Shown: positions 24,166-38,220, counted from the stretch's first letter. The stretch: 64,000 nt of DNA from Leucoraja erinacea (GCF_028641065.1 NC_073408.1:12028001-12092000), one strand, 5' to 3'. Translations and numbers: made by a program. Notes: generated by a model from the letters alone, not told the origin.

Positions 24166-26629
24166 AGGACAATTAATCTACTGGGGCTGTATCTTGTTTA
24201 GCACTAATGCTTTGATCTTTACATAGTGAAATAAACTGGGAGAAATAAAATATTGAGGCAAATCAACTAATGGACATATCCAGATTGATTCCATTTTACA
24301 GGCAGGTCTCATGGATTTCTCTTTTGAACACCCAAGCTGCAAAGCCCATCACTGTATGGGAAGCAATGAATTTCTGACAAAACCTGTACTGACAGGTACT
24401 GTATGTAGTGTATACCTCAGACTATGCTGCTAGTGTCTGAGGTGTACAGCTCACTCCATGAACTTTACAAATGTTTGCAATGTTTGCAACACTTATAGAT
24501 CAGTATGCCAGCCAGCAGGTCAAGGAGGCATGATAATAACTGTAAATAGTTATTAACTGAGGCATTAACTATAAAGAGCTTGGCTCATAACTTTTGCATC
24601 TCACTATCCAGTTGTTGCTCTCATGGCAATTAAAATTAGTGAGTTTAATCCTCCTGATTTCTAGGTCCCAGCTTCATGTTCCATCTTTTCATGAGTCTTT
24701 CTAAGCTAATGTGCAGCGGGTTATCACAAGATCCCATTACTAACCATAGCTAGTTTTATTTCAAAGGTCAAAGTAAACCCTTGCATGTAATCTATCCAAG
24801 AACATAAGCAGCCCATCTGGCAATGAGTTCCAGAGCTGATCACTGGACGTGCAGTTGGCTGCCTCCATAGTGTTCTTTCCTCTATTGATGATGCAGATCG
24901 CCCATATTCTGCACTATCCACGGCAGACTGGATTATCATGTAGGTGATTTGTCTGGTAAGTCTGTCTACACTTCATCACACCCGAGTGTTTACGGGTTAC
25001 ATCTACCACTTTGATACCATGCACAGGTGATGATCCAGTGACATTAACACCCAAGTTGTTCAACATTTTCCACTTACTTTTATAAAAAGAAACAAGCAAA
25101 AAAAAATTTGGTGCTTCTAATATCAACTACTTTTCCTGAATGTCATCATATCATCCTAGTCCCTGGCCCGGCCACGTAATTACTGGGCTATGGACACATT
25201 TGAGATATCTGTACATAGTCTGTTGGAAAGTTCATAAGAGTAGCATCCTCACACTCTCATGAAAAGTTTTCATTAGTCCTGCTGTCATACCCTAAAACAA
25301 CGCAATGCAATCTTAAATTGAATCTTGCACTGGTGATCAACATGTCTTCAGGAAATGAATGAGTTTCCAACACATCTTTTATACTTCAGTATAATTGTAC
25401 TACCCTCCCACAGGTAGTTACAATTCTTGGGTATTATGAAATTTACAATGTACTTAAATGTTGCTTTTCAGTTTGCCACATTCACAAAACGCTTTGGTTG
25501 TGTTGCACTGTGTTCAACAGTCTAGTCCTTCTGAATATTGCAGTCAAGGTGAGCTATTTTTTCTATGATACCTGTGAAATAATACTCAATAACTTAACAG
25601 TGTTGAGTCACTAAGACTGAACTAGATGGCATAATCAGAAGACCTGTGATGCATTTGGAATACCTCATTGACAGGGGTGCTACCTTCAAGGTATGGTGTG
25701 ATTTCCATCAATGTCACTCAACGAAGCTACTCGAACAGTTATACCATATGCCACATTTCAGCAGGCAAGAAAGTGTTTTTGAATGTGCATCCAGAGGTGG
25801 AGATGAGGAGATCTGACCATGGACCTTATTTCTGGTCTATGAAATTAATCAAAATCGTATTTCTGTAAAAATGTGGATCTTGTGTTGAATATTAGAAGCC
25901 AGCTCCGTGACTGGTGCCATCACCAAATTGTTACCTCTGACCTTGGCCACAGGTGGAACTTGGAGAATTAGGAAGATGAGAGGATGGGGGAGAAATGGTG
26001 GGGAAGGGAAAGGGTTGAGTAATCCACAGTCACAACAGTTTTTGAGAGTTCCCTTGTAGAGGAGTCTCCTTTCCTTCTGTCTTCATGTTATGTGTTTGAA
26101 TGAACACCTTTTGAACAGTGATCTTCAATGGAGCCTTGGTGACTGGTAGACCCAGAACACTGAGCATGAAATGCATTTCACACATCCCACACAATATCTG
26201 ACCATTTAATTGTAAAATGTTCTCTGATATTCAGGGATTGATTGCAGATAAATGCCTTGGGCATTGTCAATCACCTCTCCCAATTTGGTCACTTTTCCCC
26301 TGCACGTATCTGTGTTCCCGCTATTGTTGACAGATTATGCTCCTGTGAGTATGTCACAATAATTAGGCATGTAGTTTTTTATTAGTACAATAAACTGCTA
26401 ATGATTTGGACTAAAGCCCACTAGTAACTGTTTTGTGATTGCCTCCGTTGGCTGGTAGCCAACTCCACTGTTGGCATCTGTAAAACCCGTCACTCCTGTG
26501 GCTCAGGTTTTGTGTTTTATGTATGTGTTAGTTGGCGAACAGTCAGTTCGCGAAGAGCCTTTGTGCAACAGCCTAGGATGGAGGGAAGCTCTCACTGCAC
26601 CCTCGTCTAACAAAACAGCCCAAGAAGTG

Positions 26630-26880
26630 AGAAGAAATGAACTGCAGATGCTGGTTTATACTGAAGGTAGACACTAAGTGCTAGAGTAACTCAGCGGGTC
26701 AGGCAGCAACTCTGGAGAAAAAGGATGGGTGACTCTTCGGGTCGGGACCCTTCTTCAGACTGAAAGGAGAGGGGAAGGAACTGGAGGTAAGAAAAGGCCA
26801 GTACAAAGCAGGGCTGGCCGCAGATGACCAAGGAAGGGTGGAGCACCTAATGGCCCATTGTTGGCTCTGGGAGTGGTGTA
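26630..26880 (-). mobile_element. Penelope-derived 3' fragment
   Basis: Same terminal unit with a hammerhead-like core at ~26727-26762. Confidence 0.7.
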
Positions 26881-27716
26881 CTCGTTAATGAAAGCATTAA
26901 ATAGGATACGGATGAAGAGTTAAGGAAGGTAGTTGAAGATGAAAAAAATGATTGAAGGGTTATGGGGGGAGAGTTCTAGGGTGCAGGGTCAAGAACTGGG
27001 GTTGCTGCTTCTACAGAGGGGAAACCCAGAGAAGTTCATAGAAATGAGCAGGTGGAGCGCCCCATGTTATGGAGCTACAGGTGTTTGCAGAAGGGCGATG
27101 GTGCCATACTTATGTGTACCGCCACAAAACAAGCACTGCTCTCAGTTATCAAATTGGACAGTACTTTCCTATTAGGCTTGAGGGATATCCTAGCTCATGT
27201 TCAATGGCAGATACTGTTGAAATTCAGTCATGCAATCTGTCGTACACATTCCACAGAGGACAGGGGAACTTCAAAATTAGCCAAGCATGTTCATTGAAAT
27301 CAGACCTCGGGCAGGGGTTTATTTAAGTGGCTGAAGACAAGAGGAGGACAGCTAAACTTGATTTTAATTAACTTGCATTTCAGCAGCAGTTGGTGGTGAA
27401 CCCAATCACTAACAATAATTGCTTCCTTCATGTTAGAAAATGTAAACTTTGAAGTGTCTGTCATTGCAAGGAACGGATGGATATTGCATTATTATATCTC
27501 CTATATTCCTCTCTGTTGTGTTATTTAAGGGGTTGAATTCCTTCATTTAAATGCTAATTTCCGGGCAGATTTATGCATTTTTGGGCTATGGTATTTATTG
27601 CTGATTAGTTTCAGACTGTTGGAATTGCTGAACGAGCAGCATGAATTTGCAAAAAGTAAAAAATTGGGCTGTAAATAATGTAGCTTATGTAATCGAGGAC
27701 AACATTAAGAGATTGT

Positions 27717-27960
27717 TGAAAAAAGGCACAAAGTGCTGGAGGAACTCAGTGAGTCAGGCAGCATCCCTGGAGAACATGGATAGGTAATGTTTCGGGTCGG
27801 GATCCTTCTTCTGACTGGAGAAGGGTCTGTTTGAAGATGGGTCCTGTCCCGAAATGTCACCTGTCCTTGTTCACCAGAGATGCTTGCCTGACCTGCTGAC
27901 TTACTCCCACCACTTTGCCTCTTTTTGTTAGTAAACCAGCATCTGCAGTTCCTTGTGTCT
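27717..27960. mobile_element. Penelope-derived inverted-repeat unit
   Basis: Inverted arms; direct repeat ACATTAAGAGA at 27702-27712 and 27961-27971. Confidence 0.78.
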
Positions 27961-29361
27961 ACATTAAGAGAGTGTAGTTGGACTATAGAAAGCTTGGGGA
28001 TGACTTCCAGCTCCACCACATTCTGTTTCAATCCTCTGACATGAAAGTATGAAGTAGTTGGCGAGAAAGCTGAGGCTGGTGCCCAGGATGACTCCAAAGA
28101 GCCATTGGGATATGTGCTCAAATAATGGCCACATATTTATATAAATCCAAATTCTGAGGATATAATTGTAAACCAGGTATTGTTCAGTTTAATAACTTTC
28201 TAAGCTGTACGATTCACTAGTCAGATGACACCTAGCATTTCTTCAAAGCATCCTTGAGAGCATTAGAGCCGCTGTAATGCTTGATCAACAATTCAATACG
28301 TTCCTGAGTTCTGAAGAGTTATAGGAGGAGTGTTGTTGGCTAGCTAAGGTTATGATGAGCCATTCAGTCATACAGCAAGGAGGTGGCCCTTTGGCCCATC
28401 AAGTCCATGCTGTCCCCCTTTCTGTGCAGTTGCACTAATCACTGCCTGTTGTGAATCAATGAATAAATACTGACCACAGCATCTTTGAGAATTCACCTGC
28501 ATTTCTTTACAATGATGTGAAGGGATCTTCCACATTGGCCTAAGTGTAAATGCATGACATGTCTTGATAAAGGCAGCACTGTACTGAAGTGTCAGCAAAT
28601 GCTTGCCTCTCTAGTGGAACCTGAACGTACACCTAATGACTCAGAAGGGAGTTCCTTTGGTTCCTACCATCATTAAGGCACAGTGTTGTGTTACTGTAAA
28701 TGTGGCCTGCATAATATGGTTCAAACATCCATGCATTTGTCTTTATATATAAACTAAAGATTGCAGAAATGATTTTTTTTGTGGACGATGCCAGGAAGAA
28801 TAAATAACTCAAAAGCCGTGGTGACAAAAGCACCACAGAGGCAACAAAATATTGACAGCAAAAAAGAGCTTTGTCATGAGAAGTAATTTCCGCAGCGAGG
28901 GTGCCAGAACTAAATAATAAAGAAACACACAGGATTGCTACAGTTCTGAAATTAAAGCACAAAGCTCTGAACTGCACAGCAGGCTTGACAATGTTTGGAA
29001 AGGCAAAGCAGGCTTCCTCAGAGCAAGCATAATGTGAACAAATTAAACAAGGGTATTATTACAAAAAGAAAATTAAGCCAAAATAAATAAAAAATAAGGC
29101 CTGGAAAATAACAACAAGGGACAACGTTGTGGCCAAATTACACATTTTGGATGTAGAGATGAAGAGATGAATAATTAATTTATCACCAATATCACCCTCC
29201 ACAGTTAACAGCTCACATGGTAATGACATAAATCATGTGGTCTTAATGCAGCAAGTAGCATAAAGTACACTCTGAGGCATGTATACACATTACAGTCAAC
29301 TCCCCAGCAATGAAATCTCCTGCCACATGTGCTATAGGGGTTGGCAGTAACCTGTAATTGG

Positions 29362-29697
29362 AGAAACAAGAAACTGCAGATGCTGGGTTGCAAAAAAAAA
29401 GACATAAAGTGCTGGAGTAACTCAGTGGGTCAGGCAGCATCTCTGGATAATATGGATAGATTACGTTTCGGATCTGGACCATTCTTCAGTGTAGAAGGGT
29501 CCAGACCCAAAACATCATATATCCATAAATAGACACAAAATGCTGAAGTAACTCAGCAGGTCAGGCAGCATCCCAGGAGAAAAGGAACAGGTGACGTTTC
29601 GGGTCGATACCCTTCTTCAGACTCAAGTCTTGAGTGACTCCAGCATTTTGTGTCTATCTTTGGTGTAAACGCCCATCTGTAGTTCCTGGATTTTTTT
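29362..29697. mobile_element. Penelope-derived tandem/inverted unit
   Basis: Two minus-strand units plus inverted pieces; intact core at 29590-29622; direct repeat TAACCTG(T/C)AATTGG at 29348-29361 and 29698-29711. Confidence 0.78.
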
Positions 29698-31914
29698 TAA
29701 CCTGCAATTGGTGGTAGGAATGCCTGAGGGAGTATGCATTTTGCACTTTGGGCACTTTCTGCAGAAGATCGATAACTTACAAATCTGTGGTTACTGTTCA
29801 CCAGTAGGTCGCTTGGATTAATCTGCTGGGCTCATGCCTCAACAGAGGGAAGATCTTGCCAGCAAAGAACACAGGAGCCAGTGACTCATGGCATTGCAAC
29901 CTGTTGAGGTTGCTTTCTGTTTTCTGATGCACGGCACACACGCTGGCAAACACACATTCCCTCATGAGACCTGGGACAAAAAGGTTTTAAGGTATTAAAA
30001 TGCAAACAAGCTGATGACAGCATCAGGCGGTTGTGCCTTTGGAAGCAGTGAAGCCTGATGCCTCAAGCCTAGCTTGATAAGCAGACATCTTTCTGCCATT
30101 ATTGATGAGTATGACAATGCTGTGGGGGAGGAGCAGATGGGAGTGCGGTAGGAGAGCTTGGTGTATATATCTTCCTCCGTGCAGGGGAGAGTTATTTTGA
30201 CAGTCGAGTTCTGCATTTGAATGGGTTTTTCGGCTCAAAGACACTGTTCCTTCTTTATTCCAGTCAGAAGCCAAGCAGCTAATCCTTGGAGAACAGCAGA
30301 GTTTGAATGCACAATTTAATTTCTTCTTCTGGAATACTGAAAATAAAAACAACGTCTCCAGATTTTTGCCTTGAATTTAGAAATGGAATTGACATGGCAG
30401 AAAGTATTGTACCCTGTAAACAGGGAGCAGCAGAGGAAATGGATAACAGTGGCTTTTGGGACTTACAGAGTGTGTTATTATGAAGAATGCGCAATGGAAA
30501 AGATATCTTATGCAGGTTCTTTATTAACAATAGCGCCAGAGATCACATATATCATTTCTGAAACTTTAATTAGTCCAGTGTACCTTTGCTTCACTGATAA
30601 TAGTCACTTGCTTTAGAAATGGCTTTGGCAAACCTTATTATTGAACCTACTTTGGTTACTTCAGTTCTAATTGACTTTTTCTCATTACCGTTTGCATATC
30701 TTTTCAAGTTTTGCAAAAATTATGTTTGTGATACAGTGGAAATGTAAGACTTAACGATACAGATGCGGTGGTGCTAGCTGAGAGTGATGAGTGATTGTTA
30801 AATGCGGTTGATCAAAATGGACGGAATATAAATAGAGGTAGATGAATGAGAAAAGGGAAGAGCAGAATTCAGTGCAGGAATATTGCAGATACTGAAAACC
30901 GGAAATAAAAGAAGAAGGGTGGAAGTAAGACGACAGGTTAAGCAGCATCCGTGCAAATAGGGTAATATCAAACAATTGATATTACAGGTTAATGTGATTT
31001 CATTGGAACTGGCCATTTCTGTTATAGGCTGCAAAGGCTATTCATCTGAAATTGCCGAATTCAATGCTGAGTCCTGAAGGAATTTCTGATTCTCTAAAGA
31101 GCTATTGGCAGAATTGGACTTCATGCTGCAGCTGAGAGCAATGCCAGGAGTGCATTACCAATGACAATGGGAACCAACTTAACCTCCAGCTATTTCTATC
31201 ACAATCTTTGTTCCGACAAAAAGTAACCCGCTGTCTCTCTCATCTCTGAGCAAATAAACCTCTGTGCCTGATTCTGTTAATTAGATGTGACATGACAGAC
31301 AAAACTCTCATGTATTTCCAGCTGTCCCCAGATAACCGAGATGTCTTTCAATGGCCCCGTTTATATTGCTAACTATTCTTGGGTTTAAAACTTAACGTTT
31401 GAGGAGGTTTCCAAAAGCCATTTTGATCGACAGCAAAGGTGCTACATTTCCATCAATATAAGTCTGCAACTACCGTAAGGAATTATATCATCCTCAGTGA
31501 GGAATGGCTCTAAAATGCCAATGGTCTCCGCACTCTCGATTGGTGTGCAAATATTGTCTCGCTACTCCCATTATCAGATTCCCCTGTGTAATCTGCTTGG
31601 GATCAGCTAGAGCTGTGGCCTTGGGTCTAACGGCAAATTAATAAATTTCTTAGCTATCTGTTTTGTGGCAGCATCTAGATCTGGTCGCAGTGATATACAG
31701 TCGGCAGGATTATCAGATCCATGGTTATAATTAATTACTGTGCCATGAGCCTAAAGGCCTGGCATCAACTCAGATCTACATCTTTTTTTAGTCTAAATAT
31801 AGGGCATCTCCATTTAGATAGCAATTGCTTGTTCTAAGGAAGGTCACATTTATTTTCACACTAGCAGTTGCTGCTTCTCCTTGTTCATTTTTCCAGTGTT
31901 TTTTATAATTGTAG

Positions 31915-32220
31915 GCAAGGACGGCATGGTGGCACAGCATTAGAGTTGCTGCCTTGCAGCGCCAGAGACCCGGGTTCAATTCTGACTACGGTTGCTGTCT
32001 ATGCAGAGTTTGCACGTTCTCCCTGTGACCTGTGTGCATTTTCTCCAGTGCTCTGGTTTCCTTCCACACTCCAAAGATGTACAGGTTTGCAGGTTAATGG
32101 CTTCAGTAAAATTGTCCCCAGTGTGTGTGTAGGATAGTGTTAGTGTATGGGATTGCTGGTCAGTGCAGAATTAGTGGGCCAAAGGGCCTGTTTCCGGGCT
32201 ACGTCTCATAACTAAATAAA
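31915..32220 (+). mobile_element. tRNA-derived SINE
   Basis: Full-length family copy. Confidence 0.85.
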
Positions 32221-32925
32221 AAATGGGAAATTAAAAGCAGGTGACTATGCCTAACACACCAAATTTCTGTTATTATTGGCCTTGTGACCCCATGGACTAT
32301 GCTAATTTTCCTTGCGCTATGTCTTTAAATATTCCAAATGTGGTTTACCAACTGTTTGAAATGGAATTACCAATTCTGATAATAAGAGAGTATGGTTGTT
32401 TTCTTGAAGCCTGCAAAGTACTGCGCAAAGTGTAGCTGGTGTTCTGCTTGGTTGGTTGCATAAATCAGAATATAAATGCTTACACTCAAGGCATCTGGAT
32501 TTCTATGCCTTGTTGGTTGAAGTATTGCTGCAGATATATCGAAAGTTTAAAAAATATAATTGGAAAAGGGGTTGGAAATATTGTGATGGTAGCTGATCAT
32601 CCTGTTGAGATCCAGCTGGTGATGCCAATGCAAAGGTCAAGCTTTATGAAAGCACATGATGCGTTTATCTCTCTGCTAATCTCAACGTACCATGCTTTTC
32701 ACACTTAATTACTTTGGTTGTTTATTGACTTGAAGATAGATAGCCTTGAAATGAATAAACCGAGATACTTTCAAGGCCAAAGTTATACCACCATCTGCAT
32801 TGTTAAACACAGATTATTTATTGGTTGTCATTAGTAATTGAGATTGATTTGTGTTCCAAAAGATATGCTATATGCTCATTATACTTAAGTACAGTTTTGG
32901 TTATGGACCTGCCAAAGCAAACTCT

Positions 32926-33030
32926 GAAGAGTTTGAAGAAGGGTCTCGACCTGAAACATCAACCAATTTCTTTTCTCCAGGAATGCAGCCTGACCTCCTG
33001 AGTTACTTCAGCTTTTTGTGGCTATCTTTG
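32926..33030 (+). mobile_element. Short Penelope-derived hammerhead unit
   Basis: Direct repeat AAGCAAACTCT at 32915-32925 and 33031-33041. Confidence 0.75.
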
Positions 33031-33124
33031 AAGCAAACTCTACTTTCTTTTACTTTCTGTGAAAGATAACACAAGGCCAGGTCTGGAACATTTAGGGTGG
33101 CAGGAACAGATGCTCAGACGCCCG

Positions 33125-33345
33125 AGTAACACTATACTACACATTAGAGACAATTTATAAATCTACTGAAGCCGATTATCCTATAAACTTGTACGTCTTT
33201 GGAGTGTGGGAGGAAACCGGAGCACCCAGAGAAAACCCGCGCGCACACAGGGAAAATGTACAAACTCCGTACAGAGTGGTCAGGATCGAAAACCGGGTCT
33301 CTGCTGTTGTAAGGCAGCAACTCTACCTCTACCCCACTATGCCAC
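33125..33345 (-). mobile_element. tRNA-derived SINE, tail truncated
   Basis: Family body and head on the minus strand. Confidence 0.8.
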
Positions 33346-33834
33346 TCTTCAAGGCCCAACACAAGTTCCTAATAAGCCAGATTTAAGCACATTCAATGAA
33401 TACCAAAAATATTTCATTGTAAGTGGCATCAACCAGGGACCTTATGTACTTATGTCTGTTGTAATTGCATATCCCTGCTCAAACTAGACTTGCCATCTCC
33501 TGGAATGGTCCAAAGTCAGTTTGACAAAGAAAAACACCTGGATGTTGATGTGGCACTGTTGCAAGCTGTAAATAAACACAGAACCTTCTTTCAACGTCCT
33601 ATCCCAGGTCTCAGACTCATCTGCCCAAAAAAATGAAGCTTTCTGCAGCAGACCACTTGTATATCCCAACTAATGTTTTTCAGTTCTGTACAATGACAGA
33701 GGACCAATATGAAAGGAGATTAAGCCCCTGCCTACAACCGGTCACTGCAGGGCAGCCATTCAATGGTAGGGAATAGGCATTGGCTGTTTAAACTAGCAAT
33801 ATAAACCACTGTCTGGTTTGCACAGTTAAGAAGT

Positions 33835-34205
33835 TAGTCATAGAGACACCCACCATGGAAACATGTCCTATGGCCCACCGTGTCCATACAGACAATCAGG
33901 AAATCACTTATACTAATGTTACATTGATCCTATTTTTTTTATTTTCACCACGTTCTCATTGACACCCCTCAGATTCTACCACTCATCTATCTATACATTG
34001 GGAGAAATTTACAATAGCCAAGTAACTACTACCTCCACATCATTGGGATGCGGGTGGAATCATGAACAGCTGGAGGAAACCCTTGTTGTCACGAGGATAA
34101 CATGCAAACTCTCCACAGACAGGATCCAAGGTCAAGAATTGGGTGGCTGGTGTTGTAATGCAATGGCCCTTTAGTTAATTAATTATCTTTGCCACGCTGC
34201 CACTA
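33835..34205 (-). mobile_element. Old SINE copy
   Basis: Diverged match to 19425-19735. Confidence 0.55.
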
Positions 34206-34834
34206 TATCCTTTGCCTGTACATAGGCAAGGCAAACAATGTCACAAAGGTGAGTCAACGAGCATCTAGTCCACAATTGGTAGTAGTGAACATACTAACAA
34301 AGACTGTTTTATAAATCCATATTCTTGGCATACTTGCAGCTGTCTACCCAGTATCTGATTTATAAACAAGCGATTGTCTATAAAGGGAACATCTTCAGAG
34401 TTTCTTAATCCACAGTCCTCATCCGTTCCCAGAAGGGAAGTCTTGACAGTTGCATCCAAGTAGTTGAATTTTGATGGTTTCTCTGACTAGCTGAAATGCA
34501 TTGTTAAAGTGTGATCAAAGGACATGAGGGTTTTGAATCTGGTGCTTCAAAGCGCAGCAGATATGTTATACCCCTGTTGCCAACATCAAAGCCACAAGGA
34601 TTAGATAATTCCGCTGGTGTTTTATGATAAACCATTGAAGTAAAAGCTTCTGTTCTAACTCCAATCAAATCCCCTGTGGGCTGTGTTGTGCTATTCTTAG
34701 ACTCCGCTTCACTGACCTCTGCCTCAAATGCTGGAAAACCCAGGACACTTAACTGAGATACGAACGTAATCATTTTGCTCCATCGAGACCGGGCGATATC
34801 TGAACAGTAGCACAAAAGCTGATAATTCTGTCAG

Positions 34835-35055
34835 AGAAAGACACAAATTGCTGTAATAACCCAATGCATCAGGCGGCATCTCTGGAAGACGTGGATAATG
34901 CTTTGGGTCAGGATCCCTCTTCAGACTAATTGTAGTAGGAGTGGGGAAGGCTGGAAAAAAGGAAGGATGGGACAATGCCTGGCAAGTGAGAGGTGGATAC
35001 AGATGAGAGGCATTTTGGTTGACAGATGGGAGGACAGAGGCCAGAGATGAAATAT
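34835..35055 (-). mobile_element. Penelope-derived 3' fragment
   Basis: Diverged terminal unit plus purine-rich extension, as at 23950. Confidence 0.65.
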
Positions 35056-35424
35056 CTGAATTATTCAGAGCTGTGCCGTGCAGAAACAGAGTACAACTTT
35101 TGTCTAATGCCAGCTGGCTGCATGGATTCATAACTTCATCATGTCCTTTTGGTTGTTTCTTCTCTGCTCACTGAGTCGAGTGTATAAATTTACCCAGAGA
35201 ATAAATTACGGATAAATATTTCACCAATTTAGAAAAGCAGAGCCTCAAAATGTAACTGAATTGCTGGAGGAAGTCAATACTTTTGGTTGTCGATTAAAAT
35301 GAAATTCTAACTAATCGACTGAGCCTGCCTTCAACATACAGATTTAGTCTTAGTTGAGAATCAGTTTAAATTCAATCTTGGTAGAATATATGCAGTCAAG
35401 CAAAACCAATAAAATTGAATCCAT

Positions 35425-36040
35425 GTTTAAGAAGGAACTGCAGATGCTGGAAAATCGAAGGTAGACAAAAATACTGGAGAAACTTAGCGGGTGCAGCAGC
35501 ATCTATGGAGCGAAGGAAATAGGCAACGTTTCGGGCCGAAACCCTTCGTCAGACTGATGGAGGGTGGGGGGGGGGGGGAGAAGAAAGAAAAAAGGAAGAG
35601 GAGGAGCCTGAGGGCTGAGGGAAAGCTGAGAAGGGGAAGAGACAGCAAGAGCCACCGGAATTGGGAGAATTCAATGTTATACCACTAGGGTGCAGACTGC
35701 CCAAGCGGAATATGAGATGCTGTTCCTCCAATTTCCGGTGGTGCTCACTGCTCTCTCTCCCCACCCCCCCTCTCGGAACCTCATCTATTGCATCCACTGC
35801 TCTAGATGTCAGCTGATCTACATCAGTGAGACCAAGCGTAGGCTTGGCGATCGTTTCGCCGAACACCTCCGCTCGGTCCGCATTAACCAACCTGACCTCC
35901 CGGTTGCTCAGCACTTCAACTCCCCCTCCCATTCTGAATCTGACCTCTCTGTCCTGGGCCTCCTCCATGGCCAGAGTGAGCACCACCGGAAATTGGAGGA
36001 ACAGCACCTCATATTCCGCTTGGGCAGTCTGCACCCTAGT
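35425..36040. mobile_element. Penelope-like retroelement fragment, GIY-YIG endonuclease region, in inverted arrangement
   Basis: + strand ~35775-36040 encodes NLIYCIHCSRCQLIYISETKRRLGDRFAEHL...EQHLIFRLGSLHP; 35425-35750 is the 3' end on the - strand with a hammerhead core at ~35522-35556. Confidence 0.9.
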
Positions 36041-36069
36041 GATATAACTGCACATGCTGGAATCTTGCA

Positions 36070-36240
36070 TGGACCACAAAGTGCTGGCGTAATTCACTGG
36101 TCAGACAGCACCTCTAGAGGCGACATTTTGGGTCGGGGCTCCTTCATCAAATTCTGAGTCTGAAGAACGGTTCTGACCCGAAAGGTCGCCTATTCATGTC
36201 CTCCAAAGATACTGCATGACCCATTGAGTTAGTCCAACAC
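36070..36240. mobile_element. Older Penelope-derived inverted-repeat unit
   Basis: Diverged inverted arms; + core CTGAAGAACGGTTCTGACCCGAAAGGTC. Confidence 0.65.
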
Positions 36241-36439
36241 TAAGCTCTATGCAACATTCCAATGTTATTTACAAGAAATTAGTACATTGGAATGGTGATG
36301 TTTGGAAATTAGTGCAAGGCAAGAGATCCCAAATAACAATTGAGCCAATTGGAGAGATTATATTGGCTTGCCTGTACTGGGGACACTCTATGTCCTTTTA
36401 ATATTGGTTAAGAGACTCTCAGAAAGATTCACCTCTATC

Positions 36440-36795
36440 GCCTGGATAGAGTGGATGTGGAGAGGTTGTTTCCACTAGCGGAAGTTTCTAGGACCACAGG
36501 TCATAGCCTCAGAATTAAAGGACGTTCCTTTAGGAAGGAGATGAGGAAGAATTTCTTTAGTCAGAGGATGGTGAATCCATGGAATTCATTGCCACACAAA
36601 GCTGTGGAAGCCAAGTCAATGGATACTTTAAAGGGAGAGATAGGTAGATTCTTGATTAGTAAGGATGTCAGGGGTTATGGGGAGAAGGCAGGAGAATTGG
36701 GTAAGGGGGAGATATAGATCAGCCATGATTGAATGGTGAAGTAGACTTGATGGGCCGAATGGCCTAATTCTTCTCCTACCACTTATGAACAATAT
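36440..36795 (+). mobile_element. CR1 LINE 3' fragment
   Basis: ORF 36451-36717 DVERLFPL...GHSLRIKGR...FFSQRMVNPWNSLP. Confidence 0.9.
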
Positions 36796-37394
36796 GTCAC
36801 TCTCTCAGTCAGCCAGCCTGAACTATCTATTCCAGCCCCAGGAAGAATGTTCGAGTCTATAACCTTCATAACTCAGGGTTGTCATTCTTACTGCTCAGTC
36901 AAATATTAATACTTTAATACAGGGAATAAAAGAGTACTTTATCTACTGATTCCTACACTCTTCAGCCTGGAATCGACTGTAATTGTATCCATAAAGTAAT
37001 AAATTGTTCCATTAGAGTATTCAAAGTGACAGTGGTGAACGCATAACTGTCAGCCCCCTTGCCAGTGATTTGAAGTGATTTCTGTGTCGTCTCGCTGCAG
37101 TGATTGGTAAAGTGGGCAAGGGGAATGGGGCACCTCTTTAAACATTGCGGCAATACAGTCCTTTATCTCCCAGTGTTTATGCATAAGACTAATACTTGAA
37201 GCTATTAATTACTTCTGCTTCTAAATCAATATGTCTGGTTCCTCGTGTCGATACTGCCTAAAATGTAACAAACCAAAACATATCAGTCACTTAGCATTGA
37301 TCAGCAGGTTGTAGGTTAATCAGGTAGTTGTCTTACCCTGGCATCTGATAGAGTGCTAGAAGCTGCTCCTAGTGTAGGTGGCTGGCGAGAGAAT

Positions 37395-37600
37395 GTAAGG
37401 ATTTTTCACACAGAGTGGTGAATCTCTGGAACTCTCTGGCAGAGGGTAGTTGAGGCCAGAATAAGTAAGGAGTTAGATGTGGCTGGCTAAGGGCATCAGG
37501 GGAAGGGAAAAGGCAGGACGGGGATTGGGATCAGCCATGATCATATTGAATGGCGGTGCAGGCTCGAAGGCCGAATTACTTTGCACCATGTTTCTATGAT
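37395..37600 (+). mobile_element. CR1 3' tail with deletions
   Basis: TTTTTCACACAGAGTGGTGAATCTCTGGAAC...ATGTTTCTATG tail. Confidence 0.75.
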
Positions 37601-37899
37601 AAACGTATGGGATTGGTATGGATAGAGGGATGGGATTAGTTTTTGCCATCCATAGTTGAGGGATGGAATGACTTCCATGTACAGAAATTGTAAGTATGTA
37701 CATGATAATCACAGTAAATAGTAATGTACGGTGCAGTGAGAGTGTGAAAATTTCAGAGAGAAATAATCCATTAATTTGGCTGCATCAAATAAGATGCATC
37801 AAGGAAAATGTGAAGCTTAAGATTCTTTGAAGCTTGACCTCTCTAAAAGGCAGAACGTCAACAAAACTTGATTAAGAAGTAAAATAGCAGGGAAATAGT

Positions 37900-38220
37900 A
37901 ATCTAATGGGCAAGTTGCAGACCGAGCAGAGAGTTCTGGACATTGATCCAATGACATGGGGTCAAATCCCACTGCAGCAGTTGAGCAATTTAACTTCAAG
38001 TAAAAGAGTAAGTTCTGTGATTAAAAATACAGCCAATCTCAGCAGTGGTAACCATAAAATAACTGGACTGTTACAAAGGCTCATCTGGTCAACTAAAATC
38101 CTTCAGGCGAGGAATTCTGCCATCGTTACCCGGGACACATGTACGTCATTCCAGATCCATCAATGTTCCTTAATTCAGGCTGTTTTAGGGATGGACAAGT
38201 GAGTCCACATCCCACGAATA
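37900..38220 (+). mobile_element. Old tRNA-derived SINE (second family)
   Basis: GGGTCAAATCCC B-box-like motif; 3' half shared with 17490-17720. Confidence 0.55.

Noticed and set aside
30020-30260. Coding-looking stretch (SAIIDEYDNAVGEEQMGVR)
   Set aside because: Interrupted by a stop codon, with no supported splice sites or recognisable homology
35690-36157. 155-aa ORF as a host nuclease gene
   Set aside because: It is a Penelope GIY-YIG fragment fused to inverted and flanking repeat sequence
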